From the NCBI GenBank assembly GCA_002104945.1, contig MCFH01000063.1, positions 1 through 64,000 on the forward strand: a stretch of DNA of 64,000 nucleotides, given 5' to 3'. Source of the DNA: Piromyces finnis finn. Taxonomy: Eukaryota; Fungi; Neocallimastigomycota. Numbering within the stretch: position 1 is the first letter of the stretch; each line of letters begins with the position of its first letter. The notes beneath the pieces were generated by a model. That model was given only the letters and a program-made list of their open reading frames with translations. It did no database searches and was not told where the DNA came from. Positions 37,830 to 52,677 of this stretch are shown one piece after another. The position numbers were made by a program, and so were the translations under genes.

Positions 37830-38519
37830 ATGAAAAAATTAAATGAAGTACAATTAAACCAATATTATGAATTAGAGAAACAGGTAGAAGGAATGGAGGA
37901 ATGGAAAATTATGGTATGTGTTATGTTAAGTTTGGAACGACTCTGGCAACCATTCCTATTTGCTACAAAACACATTGGATCTGTGGTTCAGAAACCAGTT
38001 CGAGAATTGATAGATGGTATATGGAAAAATCGAATTTTTAATGAAAACCAAAGTGAGCATGATGATAATACTATTGATGATGAAGAAAAAGAAAGATATT
38101 ATACAAAGATATTGGATGAGGCAGGTGATATAATAGAAGAGAATGAAGATTCTGCTGAAAATCACTATGAAAGTTATTTAATGGATATCCTTTATTCTGG
38201 ATTTTCATGGTTTTTCCCAACGCCAACAACAAGTTCTTCTCCTAGATGGGATCTTACATTAATTCCAGTAGATTTTATTTCAGATTGGATAATAGATACT
38301 TATAATCCAAAAAATGAGGAAGAAGAGTTCAATACTTATCAAGAATCCTCATGGGTTAAAGAAGAAGTGGAAAGAATTCAACAAGACCTTTCAAAAGTAA
38401 TAAATGAAGACAAGACAACCTTTTTCGTAAATAGACGTGAAAAATTATTAGAATTAAAAGAAAAATATCAAAACTTATGGATTGTTGAGTCTCCTCCTTT
38501 ATCGCCATCATCATCCTAA
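37830..38519 (+). CDS. DUF416/YjaG-like protein, 229 aa, intronless, probable bacterial origin
   Basis: E-x-M-E-x-W...ER-L-W...R-x2-I-D-x-IW motif spacing matches E. coli YjaG as remembered (LERLESWQHVTFMACLCERMY...RRILDLIWE). The C-terminal WVKEEVERIQQDL resembles AVEQEWDIQWEIF. Confidence 0.6.
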   Translation: MKKLNEVQLNQYYELEKQVEGMEEWKIMVCVMLSLERLWQPFLFATKHIGSVVQKPVRELIDGIWKNRIFNENQSEHDDNTIDDEEKERYYTKILDEAGDIIEENEDSAENHYESYLMDILYSGFSWFFPTPTTSSSPRWDLTLIPVDFISDWIIDTYNPKNEEEEFNTYQESSWVKEEVERIQQDLSKVINEDKTTFFVNRREKLLELKEKYQNLWIVESPPLSPSSS

Positions 38520-38749
38520 AAAAAGGTGTATAGAATAACTATTTATATTTGATGATTGTTTCAAATAGATAAATACAATAAATAAATAATTATCAGTTAT
38601 GTAGATAAACAAATTCTATTGAAAATAATAAATTTATGTAAAAAAAAAGTAATTTATTTATTTATTTATTATTAGAAAATTATCTTATATTTTAGCAATT
38701 TATTTATTAATAAAAGCTATACTATAATATTTTATTTCTTTCTCTCTCT

Positions 38750-38782
<33 letters not shown>

Positions 38783-39538
38783 CTCAATAATTCAATTTCT
38801 AAAGTAAATTTTTCATTTCATATTTAAGAATTATTCTATCTCTCTCTATTATTTTTTATTTATTAATTATATAAAAAGATTTTCTATTTTAGATATGTAG
38901 TTGCTTTTGAAAAAAACTGCTCTTTAATTTAGATGTAAAAGTTCTTTTATGTATAACTAATGTAGTCTTTGTATAATTTTTTTAAATAATAAAATAAAAT
39001 AATATTCTAATAAAAATATTATTCCAATAAAAAATAGTCTTAATATAATTGATTATAGATTTCACTATTTTTTTTAGAGAGCAATATATAAGCGTAGGAA
39101 AAAAGAATTAGTTATAAATTCATATAAAAAGATAACATGTATTCCATTTCTCTATTTCTCTTTTGAATGTATTTTAATTAATGTATTAATAAATGTAAAT
39201 GTAAATGTATGTATCAATAGTTTTAATTATTTTAACCAATTATTTAAAATAATTTAAAATTTATTTCAATAAAAAAGTTCTTTATTTTTTTTTATAAATG
39301 AAAGTTATGGCATTTAAAATTCAATTAATTAAATATAAATCTAATTAAATGAAAAGTAAAGCTTATTATTTTTTTTTATTAACATTGTTGTATAATGCAA
39401 TAAACTTTTGATAAATATTATTCAAATACTTTAATTTAAAATAAATAAATAAATAGAAAAAAAGAATAATAAGAATTATTTTTTTTAAAAGTAATAATTT
39501 AGTAATATATATTCATTTTCAGGTACATAACGGTTATA

Positions 39539-39586
<48 letters not shown>

Positions 39587-39716
39587 ATTGTAATTAATTC
39601 CAAAATTTATATATTTTCAGTAAACGAATTTCAAAATAGGTTAATTCAGAAATCTAAATTTTAAATTTTCAAAATTTCGAAATTTCAAAATTAATTTTAT
39701 ATAATCAAGAATATTT

Positions 39717-39777
<61 letters not shown>

Positions 39778-39874
39778 TATAAAAGAAATCATTTAAATAT
39801 TTATCAAATAACTAGTACATAATTATTTTAAAAAATACATATATAGCCAATACATTTCTGTGTAATTAATAAAA

Positions 39875-41452
39875 ATGGAAGAATTTCTTGCAGAGAATAA
39901 TTTACGATCTGTAGAAAGTGAGGAAAAATATCGTTCTATAGTGACCGATGTAAAAATTAAAAAAGGAACAATTATTATTAGTTCCCCCTCAATGGGTTTA
40001 GTTCTTATGGAAAATGTTAGAAATGACTATTGTCATTGCTGTTTGGGTCTATTAAGAAAAACAAAGAGTCGTTGTTCAAGATGTAAAGTTGCTCATTATT
40101 GTTCTCGTGAATGTCAGGTAAAGGCATGGTCTTCAGGTCATAAATATACATGTAAATTATGGAAAGAAAAAAAACTTTTTGATAATGATTTAATGGATAT
40201 TGATTTGTTAGTACAAGTCGTTTTAAAAATTTGTGCTAATGATGATGAGGAGAAAACATCTTCCAAAAATATAGAAAATGAAAAAAAAAAAGAAGAAGTG
40301 GGCAGTATGGCTCCTGACAAGTTAAAAGATATCAAAGAAAGTAAGGAAACTCATCAATGGAAAGAAAGAGAGGATTGTATCAACTGTGAAGCTTTCTTAT
40401 CCCTTATGACCCATCAAGATAAAATTGAATTTGAAGAATGGAAATATTTAAGAGATATGGCTAAAGCTGTATTATTAATTGTTCCAGATCTTGAGGAAAA
40501 GACTTCCCAATCCGAATTAATTCAACATTTACTTCGTTTTAAATGTAATAATTTTGTGTATCATGATACCCAATTATTTGGTATAGCTGAATCTGCTTTC
40601 CCTGTTGGATCTCTTTTTAATCATTCTTGTTGTCCTAATGCCACATTATATTATCATGAAGGTCGTCAAATTATTCGTGCTATGCGTGATATCCCACGTG
40701 GAGAAGAAATATGTATTACTTATACAGATGTTATGAATGCTCGTCCTCAACGTCAACAAATTCTTCTTCAAAAATATAAATTTGAATGCCAGTGTGACCG
40801 TTGTCTTGACAATAACGGATTAGACCAAAAATTAATCCCATTAGAAGAAGAAAAGGAAGAAGAAAAAGAAAAAGATAGTAATAAAACTTCAAAAGATCAA
40901 AAGGAAAAAGAAGACTTTTCTTACATTGAAAGGCAATTAAATCCAGACTTACTTTCTGTTCATGATGTTTTTGATAAAGAAAAATGTAAAATATTAGCTT
41001 CTCAATTGGAAGGAAATCCACCTTTTGCATCCAATCCTATGTTGAAATTTATTGTTATTGTAGCTGCTAAATTACTTTCAGTTATAGATGCTTCTGATGA
41101 AGAATTTGATGGGGTTCATCATGAAGTCGTTGCTGCTATTGACCCTCTTGAATTAAAATTATTTACCAAAGTTTGTCAATACACTTACAATTGTATTGAT
41201 GCTAGTGATTATGCACATGCCTCACTTTCTTCTCTTTTCGTTTTAATGGCTTACCTCGTCTTTCTTGGTCGTTATCATCCACTTACCGGATTACAATGGC
41301 TTACTTTTGCTAAATTAATTTGGAATCGTAGTGATGATTATCATGATGAAGCAGTACAATCTCTTTATCTTGCTAAAACAGCTATTATAATTGCTGAAGG
41401 TAGAAGCGATATTTTAGAAGAAATAGAAAATTTGATACAACAATTTAAATAA
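39875..41452 (+). CDS. SET and MYND domain lysine methyltransferase (SMYD/Set5-like)
   Basis: MYND finger CHCC..RCSRCKVAHYCSRECQ..W..HK..C; SET motifs FNHSCCPN and GEEICITY; post-SET CQCDRC. Confidence 0.93.
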   Translation: MEEFLAENNLRSVESEEKYRSIVTDVKIKKGTIIISSPSMGLVLMENVRNDYCHCCLGLLRKTKSRCSRCKVAHYCSRECQVKAWSSGHKYTCKLWKEKKLFDNDLMDIDLLVQVVLKICANDDEEKTSSKNIENEKKKEEVGSMAPDKLKDIKESKETHQWKEREDCINCEAFLSLMTHQDKIEFEEWKYLRDMAKAVLLIVPDLEEKTSQSELIQHLLRFKCNNFVYHDTQLFGIAESAFPVGSLFNHSCCPNATLYYHEGRQIIRAMRDIPRGEEICITYTDVMNARPQRQQILLQKYKFECQCDRCLDNNGLDQKLIPLEEEKEEEKEKDSNKTSKDQKEKEDFSYIERQLNPDLLSVHDVFDKEKCKILASQLEGNPPFASNPMLKFIVIVAAKLLSVIDASDEEFDGVHHEVVAAIDPLELKLFTKVCQYTYNCIDASDYAHASLSSLFVLMAYLVFLGRYHPLTGLQWLTFAKLIWNRSDDYHDEAVQSLYLAKTAIIIAEGRSDILEEIENLIQQFK

Positions 41453-41492
41453 AATAAATAAAAACATTTTCTTTTTAGATATAATAACAGTA

Positions 41493-41558
<66 letters not shown>

Positions 41559-41943
41559 GTAATAAAAAAAAAAAAAAACTTTATAAAATTAATTTACAAT
41601 ACAATGACTTCATTTTTTAGCTATCGATGACATTGTAATTATTAAAAGTTAATTTTTTTTTTTTTTTAAAAAAAAAAGATACCTGTATATACTTTTTATA
41701 TTTAATTATACTAAAACCACAATTCTATTTATTTTTAAACATCATTTTTAAATAAAAGAAGATTAAAATAAAATATTGTAGCTTTTTAAAGGTTTTAATT
41801 TTGGTAACACAAATGAACAATTTTAAGTTCATAGAGTAATTAATTAATTTGATCATTATTTATATAAAATAATTATTAAAAATAATAATAATAAAAAAAA
41901 AGTTTTTTCTTTTAATAAAAAAGAAAAAAGAGGTTTTCTATCT

Positions 41944-41977
<34 letters not shown>

Positions 41978-42203
41978 AAATTCAGAAAGAAAGAAAAAAG
42001 TATAAATAATAATAATAACAAAAAAAAAAAAAAAAAACTTTTTTAAAGTTAATAAATTATAAAAAAAAGAAAATATATCATTAAAAAAAATAATATTAAA
42101 ATTCAATTTTATTGTGGTGTTTTTATTTCATAAATATCTTTCTTTTTGTAATATTGAGAAAAGTAAAATTATCAATTAAACACATATATTATATATTAAA
42201 ATT

Positions 42204-42235
<32 letters not shown>

Positions 42236-42275
42236 ATATTTTCTAAATAAATACAATTTATCGAAAATTTAATTT

Positions 42276-42311
<36 letters not shown>

Positions 42312-42413
42312 ATTCAATAAGGAGAGAATAGAGAATACATAAGATTATTTCTTAATAAATTCATAATTCTATATTATATATGTAAAATTCAAAATTCTTA
42401 TTTTATATTAACC

Positions 42414-45400
42414 ATGGGAAATATTAATTCTAATTTGGTGATATCAGCGAGTATTGATAACTACTTGTCAGAAATTGAAGGATTTAAATATAAAAAAAGG
42501 TTAAAAAAAGCAACTTATTTTTTTTTTTTTTATTGATTATATATATATATTAAATTAAGCAAATAGGATATACTGTTTTTTTTTTAGCAGAAAAAATAAC
42601 AAATTTCATTATATAATTTATAATTATATATAAATGTAAACTTTTCAACACTTTTTTTTTTAAAACTAATTTGGAATTTGAAATCAAATTTCTGAATTGA
42701 AATTTTTTAAAAATAATTATTTAGAAATCATTTTTATTTTAAAATATTCAAAGCTTTTTAAAATTATTAAAATTCCAAAGATATTTTCTTCCTTTTCAAA
42801 TTAATATTATCAAAAATCAAATTATACAATTATATGTATCATTTTCAACAAGGAATATATACTTTTTAAAACAATATGGATTATTCATCTGTTGAGAAAA
42901 TTAATTTGAAATTTGAAATTTAAATTTTTTGAATTTCTCTTTATAATTATTTAAATATAATAAAATATATAAATATATACAAGTATATATAATAAACTGT
43001 ATTTTTATTATTATTAATATTTTTTCCCTTTTTTTTTTTTTTTTTAAAAAAAATAGTTTAGGAAGTGCTCTTTTTTTAAAAACAATTTGTTGTAGACATA
43101 CAGAAGGATTGGTTGTAGTTAAAATTTATATAAAAACATCATTGGATATTAATTTAAAAAGTTATATCAATGAATTAAAAGGTAAAAAAAAAAGATATTT
43201 TTAATTTTGCTTATATGTATATCTATAGAAATATAAAATTTATTAAATTTCATTTTTTTTTAAAATACTTTATATATACCACTTTTTTTATTTATTTTTA
43301 TTTTTATTTTATATTATATATGTTATTTTTATTCTTAATTATTATCAAATTCTGTTAATTTATATTTTGTTAAAGAGGAGAGACATCTATTAAACGAAAT
43401 TCCAAATGCATTTCCATTTCAACAAATTATAGAAACAGAAAAAGCAGGATATCTTATTCGACAATACTTTCCAAATAATTTATATGATAGAATAAGGTTT
43501 GTTTTATTATATCTCTAAATATCATTAATAATAATAATAATAATAGTAGTATTGGAAAAATAAAATATATGTCATTTTTCATTTATTTAGTTTTATTTCA
43601 TATTTAACAGTATACCTGTTTTTTTTTTTTTTATGATATTTTATTTTATTTAAATTATTAAAACTTTATTAACATTGTTACATTTATTTTTATTCCTTTT
43701 ACTACAATTGTTATTATTATTATATTATATATGTATATAATTATATTAGTACAAGACCCTTTTTAAATACAATAGAAAAAAAATGGATTTCATATCAATT
43801 ATTAAAAGGTTTATCAGAAGTACATAAAAAAGGTGTAAGTTATAAAAAAATCATATACATATAAAAATTATAAAGAAAAATAATAACTCTGTAAATTTTT
43901 TTTCTTTTATATAAAAGAAAATAAATTCTAATATTATTTTATTTTATGTAAAAAAGAATTTTTGTTATTATTATTATTATTATTATTTTTTTTTAAATTA
44001 TATCTAATGAAAATATCAATATAAAAAGCATAATTCATATTTTAATACTTTTAATTTTTTCATTCATCCTTCACCTTTCTTAAAATAGATTTGTCATGGA
44101 GATATTAAAACAGAAAATATTATGGTTACTAGTTGGAATTGGATTTATCTTTCAGATTTTGCTAGTTATAAACCAACTTATTTACCAGAAGTAAATACTT
44201 TTTATTTTTATATATATATATATAAATAGGATTAAGCGATATCTTTTTTATTTTTTTGTCAATTTTTCATATTTGTATTTTAGTAGTAAATACCAAAATA
44301 TGTATATATATTTTTTTATGGAATAAACTTCAATAGGATAATCCTGAATGGTTCTCATTCTTTTTTGATTCATCTGCTCGACGTACATGTTATATTGCTC
44401 CAGAACGTTTTTATGCTTCAAGTGATTTCTTATTCCAACCCGAAATTTCAAAGGATGGAAAACTTACACCAGCTATGGATATATTTTCATTAGGGTAGGT
44501 TAGAAAATAAAATATAAAAAATAGAAATAGAACTGACAAGACTAAAAATTAGAAATATCAAAAATAAAATATTTATAATAAATGTTTTTTTTTTTTTTCC
44601 TTTTCTTAATTATATTCCATATTTTTTTTTTTTGTTTACTTATTTAAATTTTTATATATAATATTTTCTTTACATCTTTTCTTACATAAAAGTTGTGTTA
44701 TTGCTGAATTATTTTTGGAAGGTAGTAGCATTTTTACCTTTTCCCAACTCCTTCGATATCGTAATAATAAATATGATCCATCCGTAGAATTAGAAAAAAT
44801 TCAAGATATTCATATACGGGTAAATGCTCATAATATAGGAGAAAATTAAGTTTTATAATTAATACTTAGTAATTGAATAAAAGTTAATTATTTAAAAACT
44901 ATGTATATTATTTATAAAGTCGTTAATTAAAGATATGATCCATTTGAATCCAGAAGATAGGAAATCTGCTGATTATTATTTAGAGCATTGGTAAATTTAT
45001 TGATCTATTTACGAACAAAGATTATAATTATCAATTATAATATTACATATATATTAATGATAAATAACTTATAACATGTTAAAAAATAATAAAAATGATT
45101 TTGTATTTCCTCACTTTCACCTCTTTCTCTTTATTAGGAAGGGAAAGGCATTTCCAAATTATTTTTATGATTTTTTACATCATTATATATCCTCATTTAC
45201 AGGTAAGTGATAAAAAGTAAATAATGAAGAATGAATAAATAATAAATTTTTATACTAAATATATAATTATTTTATAATAAAAAATTATATAATTACTTAT
45301 TTTACGCTTCATGAATAATTCAAACAAAATATATCCATTTTTTAAAAAGATTTATCTTTGTATAGTAATTCGGATGACAAAATAGAAAGTATTTATAAAA

Positions 45401-46264
45401 ATTTCGAAGTTGTTATTGAATCTATCTCTTTGGAGGATTATAACAATAAAAATATAAGCGATTGTAATTATTTATTTAGTTGTTTTATTATTATATATTA
45501 TATATATATAAAGTACTACTATAGATAATAATGTTAACAATGTATAACTATTATACTCTAATGATAATACTATTTTAATATTTAATGTTAGTATTAGAAT
45601 TTTTGGAATATAATAATTTCGAACTTGATGTAAGTATCATATATCATATTGTAATAAATTATATTAATAATTATTATTTTATTATAAATAGAAAATATAA
45701 AATAATAATTAAAAATTATTTTATTTTTTTTTTTTAAAAAAGAATAGAGTAAAAAATAAAAATTTTTTAATTAATTCATTTTAATATTATTTTCATTTTT
45801 ATAGAAAGAAATTGAAAATTTGAAATTTGAGTTTATTCCGACAAAAGAGCATATTCAAAGATTACACGGTAATGCTTTTATTATTAAAAAAAATATAAAC
45901 CTTATTTCTCAATTATTGTATAATTTATTATTTATTATTAACATATATATTTAATATTCAATATTTAATATATTTATAAAAGATGGAGGTTGTCAAATTT
46001 TAATTACATATTTGTGTTCAAATATAAGAAATGTTTATTTACCATCTTCAAAAATTTTTGCATTGGATATGATCTTTTTCTTGTCTCTCTGTGTTTCTGA
46101 TCAATATAAATTGGATCAAGTTCTTCCTTATTTATTATATTTATTACAAGATGAAAATGCATATGTTAAAGTTAATACTATTCAAAAATTAACAAAATTA
46201 GTAAGTCTTTAAGTTATTTAATATATTATATTCTAAAACTATATATTAATAATTTTTAATACTA

Positions 46265-46295
<31 letters not shown>

Positions 46296-46686
46296 GTTAT
46301 TATTATTTTCTTCTTCTTCTTCCATTAGTTACAAACTGTACGATCCATATCTCCAGAAGATATTAATATTTTTACGGATTATATATATCCAAACCTTAAA
46401 CCTTTAAGTAAAGATCCAGATGTTTTTGTAAAAGCTAGTTATGCTAAGCATCTTTCTGAAATTGGTAAAAAAAATATTATAATAAACAAACAAATAAATA
46501 ATAACAATCATTTTCATTAATATTTCGAAAACAACAATAACAACAACATATATTTGATTTTAACTCTATTTATGTTTTTTATTTTTCATATATTATTATT
46601 CTTTTTAACTTTCCCAATAATTTAATAATTTAATTTTCATTTTTAGCTGATATTGCTAGTCGATTTTTGGAATTATCACAGGTAAA

Positions 46687-46750
<64 letters not shown>

Positions 46751-49728
46751 TAATAAAATATTACTGATTTATTATTATAAATTATAAATAATAAAAAATA
46801 TTTTATATTATATACTAACCAACAATATTTAATCTTCTATAGGTTTATAAACATGATAAATTAGCTGGTGGAAATAATGGTTTAGATTCAGATGATTATT
46901 ATCAATTGGTAATTACATTCTATTTATTTTATATATATAATTGGTATTATGATTTAAATATACAAAGAATATTATACTAAATTAATATATATATTAATTA
47001 CAAATAATACAAATGATAATTATTTAATAATACTATTAAATAGGAAACATACGATAATAGATTAAATATATTACGTGATATTATTGAAAAGGAAACGAGT
47101 ATTCTTTTAATTGATTCTAGTGCTTTTGTAAAGCAAGCTCTTCTTTCTAATATTTCCAATATTTGTATTTTTCTTGGAGAACAAAAAACTAATGATATGA
47201 TTTTGTCTCATTTAATTACCTATTTAAATGACCAAGAAAATTGGGTGTTAAGATAGTAAGTACAATTAATAAGGATTATTTATGGATTTTAATGAAAATT
47301 TTAAAAATTATTTTAAACAACGTATTTTTAAATTAAATAAAATAAATTGTTTTATTTTATTATTTATTTAGTGCTTTTTGGAAATGTGTTGTTGGAATTG
47401 GTGCATTTGTTGGTGTAAGAAGCCTTTCTGAATATATTATTCCATTAATGATTCAAGCTTTAAAAGGTAATATTCATTCATATTCACATATATATATGTA
47501 TAAAGTAAAATGAGAAAAAAAAAGTGATAATTTTATACTAATAAAAATTGAAAATATTAATATCATTTATTTATTTTTATGTATTTATGTTTGTGACAAC
47601 TTCTTACTATTAGATAAAGAAGAATTTAATGTTGCTCAGGTTTTAAATGCTATCACTTCTTTTTCAGAGTTAGGTCTTCTTCAACGGGACAATATTAAAA
47701 ATTTATCTGAAAAAATAATACCACTTTTTTATCATCCAAATATATATATTCGATTAGGTAGATTTCAATTCAAGCTTTATTATAAAAAAAAAATTTATTC
47801 ATTTATTCACTAATTTTATTATGTTAATTTCCAAATATATATATTAGGTGCCATTTCATTTATATCATCTACCATAAAATTTTTATCACCAGAAGATTCA
47901 CAATTTATTATTTATCCTCAAATCAAACCTTATTTATCAATTACTGAAGATATCGAATTAAATGAAAATACTCTTTTAAATTATTTAAAACCAGCTGTAA
48001 AGTTTTTCATTAATTTACTAATTCATTTCGTAATTTCACAATATAAACTAATAATATTTTAAATTTTATTCTATTATTATTATTATTATTATCTTTTTTA
48101 ATTTGTATAACTATATAGTTAAGCAGAAAATGCTTCAATTATGCTGTAAACAATATATCGAATAATACAAATAATAGTAATTATGGATATAATAATATCA
48201 TTAATATACTGAGCAATACTTCTAATGTTGATCAATCGTAAGTATTAATTATTTGTCAGTCACATGAATTAAAGGTTTTAATATATTGATTATATTAATA
48301 GGAAGTATATTCGTTTAACTTATTAATAGTTATCTTAATGAAATATTAATTAAATATTTTATATTTAAAATTATATTAAAAGGGATTCCTATTCAAGTAA
48401 AAATGATGATATTACGGAAGAGGATCAGCAAAAAATTTACTTATTAAGAAATTATATTAAACGTTTACCAAAGTATGAAATGAAATATAAACTTTATTAA
48501 GATATACAAATTAATATGTTTTTTATTTTATTAATTATTGTATTATATATATATATTTTATTAGACCAAAGGTTATGGATACAAAAAATGATAATGTAAG
48601 TTTTAATTGCATTAATGAATCAAAAATAATTCAAACTATTTGTATAAGATATATTAATAATAATATATATATATAATCAATAAAGAGTGAAAATATAGAT
48701 TTAAGAAATTATGGTGCTATACTTCATACTGTATTTTTGGGCCCACCTACAAATGAGCTTAAAAAGGCGGTAGGTTTTATATAAATTTAATAATATTTCG
48801 AATTAATGAATGTATATGATTTTATTTAAAAATAATAAGGAGAAATAAATTAATATTTATTATAATTTTAAATTTTAGAATAAAGATAATTCAAGTTATG
48901 GAAACGGTGGAAAATCTTCTGATATACTATATAATCGTCATTTTTCAAAATCATCAGGTCAATTAAATACTTTTAAACATCAACAATTTGTTAATGAAAC
49001 TATAAAAAGTAAAGTGGCTTCTCGAAGTGCTCAAGATCTGACTACTTCTTGGATCGTTGTTGATAAAAATCAAACAACATCTTCATCCTCTACTCATCTT
49101 TCTTCTCCTATTCTTCACAGTCCCTCTTCTTTAGATCATAACATTTATTCTAAACTTTTTGGAAATAATTTAAATGGAAATGTCAATAACTTGAACAAAA
49201 AAAGATCATATTTCCGTAATTCAACTCCTTCTCCTTCTCTTGATCCTATTAAAGCTGTGCCAGAAATTGGTACTTTATATGAAACCGGCGTTCCTACTTT
49301 GGAGGGAGCCAATGAAAATTCAAGTTTTGAAAAATCTATATCTGATAATATGAGTTCTCCTTCATTATCAATTAGAAGTAGCCTTTCCGCTACCAATTTA
49401 CTTAATACAGATGCTTTGCAAAAAACAAACAGCAATAATTCTAATAACAATGGAAAATCAATAGTTACAACATTAAATGATATCCCTGAAAAAATTTCTT
49501 TAAATATATCTAATAAGAAATTTGAAAATAAAGCTAAACCAAGTGGTAAAATATTAAACTATTAATAATAAAGGTTAATATATATAATATATTTATATTT
49601 AATATATTATAATTAATATGAAACTAGGTATTAATAGATATAGTATTGATTCAAATCTTAAAAGAAAAGCTCATGAACTTTTCCCACCACAAATTGGTAA
49701 TATAATAACAATATTAATATAGAAATAT

Positions 49729-49772
<44 letters not shown>

Positions 49773-52024
49773 CGTAATATCTAATTTTTTTAAAATCATA
49801 ACTATTAATTGTATTTATAATAGACTTGGGTAAAAGTGTTGGTTTTCCATCATTATATAATATATTACATTCAAAACAGAAAAATAAAACAGTAGATAAT
49901 TTGTATGATAGCAGTTGTTGGAGACCAGAAGGTATTCATATAATTAATTAATTATTTTTTTCTTTTCAAAGTATAAAATTTAAATTTTTATTTACTTCTA
50001 ATTCTTTTTTTTTTTTTTAAGGTATTTTAATTTCTTCATTTTGTGAACATTCCTCTAAAATTAATCAATTAAGTATATCGTCGGATAATGCATTTTTTGC
50101 TTCTTGTTCTAATGATGGTACATTAAAAATTTGGGATTGTAATCGATTAGAAAAAAATGTTACTAATCGTTCTCGTTTAAATCATTATCAAGGTAAAAAA
50201 AAAAAAAAAAAAAAAAAGAAATATAAATAAAAAATATATAAATTATTATTATTATTATTTATTTATCAATTTTTTTTATATAAATAATAATAAATTATAT
50301 TTAATATTTTTAGGTGGAAATGTTACTAGTATTTCATTTTGTGAAAATAGACATAGTATTATTTCTGCTTCAGATAATGGCACAATTCATGTTTCAAGGT
50401 AAAATGAATAAAGCTAATTATAATTATATTTTTATTTAATAAGTAATAATTATATAGCATATTAATATATTATTTTTTTTTAAAATAAAACTAGAATTGA
50501 ATATATGAATGCAGGTGGTCATTTGAAATATGGAAAATTTGAAAGAGTAAGAGAGATGATTTTAGAAGATGGAGAATATATAACAAATATTAATCACTAT
50601 AATACAGGTAATGTTATATTTAGATTTTTTTTTTTCAATAATTTATATTTTCATTATACAAATAAAAAATTAAAATATTATATTATATCAATAGAGTTAG
50701 AATCAGTAGTAGTAATGTCATCATCTCAAGGAAGTATATGTGGATTTGATTTGAGAACAATGAAAATTGTATGGAAATTAGATGCTTCTCCAAATTTTGG
50801 TAATTATTTCTATAAATTTAAAAATTTTTTAATTTTTTAACTTCATTATATTTATATATTTATATAATTAAAAAATATATTTAATGTTTTATAAGGTTAT
50901 GTATCCTCTTTTGCTGTTAATCCATCTAATTATTGGCTGTGTAGTGGAACATCAAAGGGTGTAATGACCCTTTGGGATATTCGTTTTTCATTACCAGTTA
51001 GTACATGGGCACATCCAAGTATGGAAAAAATAAATAAAATGAAATTATTCCCATCAAGTACTTCATCGACAGATAAGAATTATTTAAATGAATCAAAACA
51101 AGTTATTTGTGCTGTTGATAATGATAATAATGAATTATCTGCATGGAATGTGGAAACTAAAGAATGTACAGAAATTTGGTATTCTGGAAGATATAATTCA
51201 TCAAGATCATTCTATGAAAATGGTATTACTGTAAGTCCAAAAAATATTAATTTTTAATCCATTCAATAAATATATTGGAATATAATTTAGAATATAATTT
51301 AAATAATATATATAATATATATTAAAATAACACTAAAATACTTTTTTTCTTTCTTTTTCAAAAAAAAAAAAAAAAAGGCTGTCGAGCCAGAAACATCATC
51401 TATATTACCATCAATTCATAATGTCAACACTAAAAAATATAAAAATTCTGTAAATTCATTTACCTTTTTGGATAATTCTAATTATTATAGTTTCTTTAAA
51501 ATGCAGTTACCATTTATTATTTCAGTTGGTTCTGATAAACGTATTCGTTATTGGGATCAATTGAATGTAAATAGATCAATGATTTTAAATGGTGTGGAAA
51601 TGACAGATCAAAATATTAATTATAAGTAACTTTTTCTTTTTTATTTATAATAAATAATCTTTTATTATATTTTTTTTTAGTTAATAAGATATTAAAATAT
51701 TATATAATTATATATAATTATATGTTTTTTTTTTTGCTATGGATTTTTTTTATTTTTATTTTTAGGACATATCAAAAGAATTCTACTGTAATTCATTCTG
51801 AATCATCTAATTTCGAATCATGTTCAACACTTACTTTAAATAGTTCCAGTTCTTCTCCAATAAATTCAATTGGCAATATACCTCTTCATTATGCTAATTA
51901 TAATGCATCTTCTAAAAAGCTAAATGGTCATATGGATACAATTACTGATGTTACCTATACTGTAGTTCCATATCCATTAATTATTTCTAGTGGAAGGGAC
52001 GGAATAATTAATATATGGAAATAA
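42414..52024 (+). CDS. VPS15: Vps15/PIK3R4 (kinase domain, HEAT repeats, WD40), >30 exons
   Basis: Spliced start [29 protein letters not shown]; RISTRPFL; [53 protein letters not shown]; HEAT region; WD40 exons ending [13 protein letters not shown]-stop. GT-AG phase was checked for the 5' exons only. Confidence 0.93.
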
Positions 52025-52677
52025 AAAAAGTAGTAATTTAAGAAAAAAAAAAATTTTTTTTTCCTTTTTTACCATAATAAAAAACTATAATCTTAATAAG
52101 AAAGTAGAAAAAGAAATAAACTTTTAAAATCGAAAATAATAGGTTAAAAAAAAAAAAAACATTATAATATTGATCTTGTTTGTACATAAATACTTTAATT
52201 TTTAACATATACCACATATTTATTAATATTAATAATAAATATAATGTCTATTTATGCTATATACTTAATAAAATTATAATATATATATATAAATCTTGAA
52301 AATAAAAGTTTTTTTATAATTAAATACAATAATACCATAAATTATAGTGCATTTTATTTAAGATGTTCATAAAAAAAAATAAAATATAATTATTTTTTTT
52401 TTTATTTTTATACAAAAAGATATTATATAACTATATACAATATCAATGTCATTTTATACTTTATTATATGTCATCATATCATGTTAATTGGATTTAATAA
52501 AAGTATTTATATCTTTACATAATTTTTTTAATAGTATATTTTGAGTAAATAATAAAATAAATAAATAAATAAATAATAAATAAATAATTAATAAGTAATA
52601 AATAAATAAAAAAAAACTTTATGAAATATATTTATAATTTTTTATTAAAATTAAAAAATGGTATACTATTATTTTAT

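Noticed and set aside
39650-39695. Heat-shock-element-like TTC/GAA runs upstream of SMYD (similar runs in VPS15 intron 1)
   Set aside because: Spacing does not give three clean alternating nGAAn units, and such runs are expected in this base composition.
39875-41580. SMYD gene as a LINE-generated retrocopy
   Set aside because: It is intronless with a downstream A-run, but such runs are ubiquitous here and no TSD was found.
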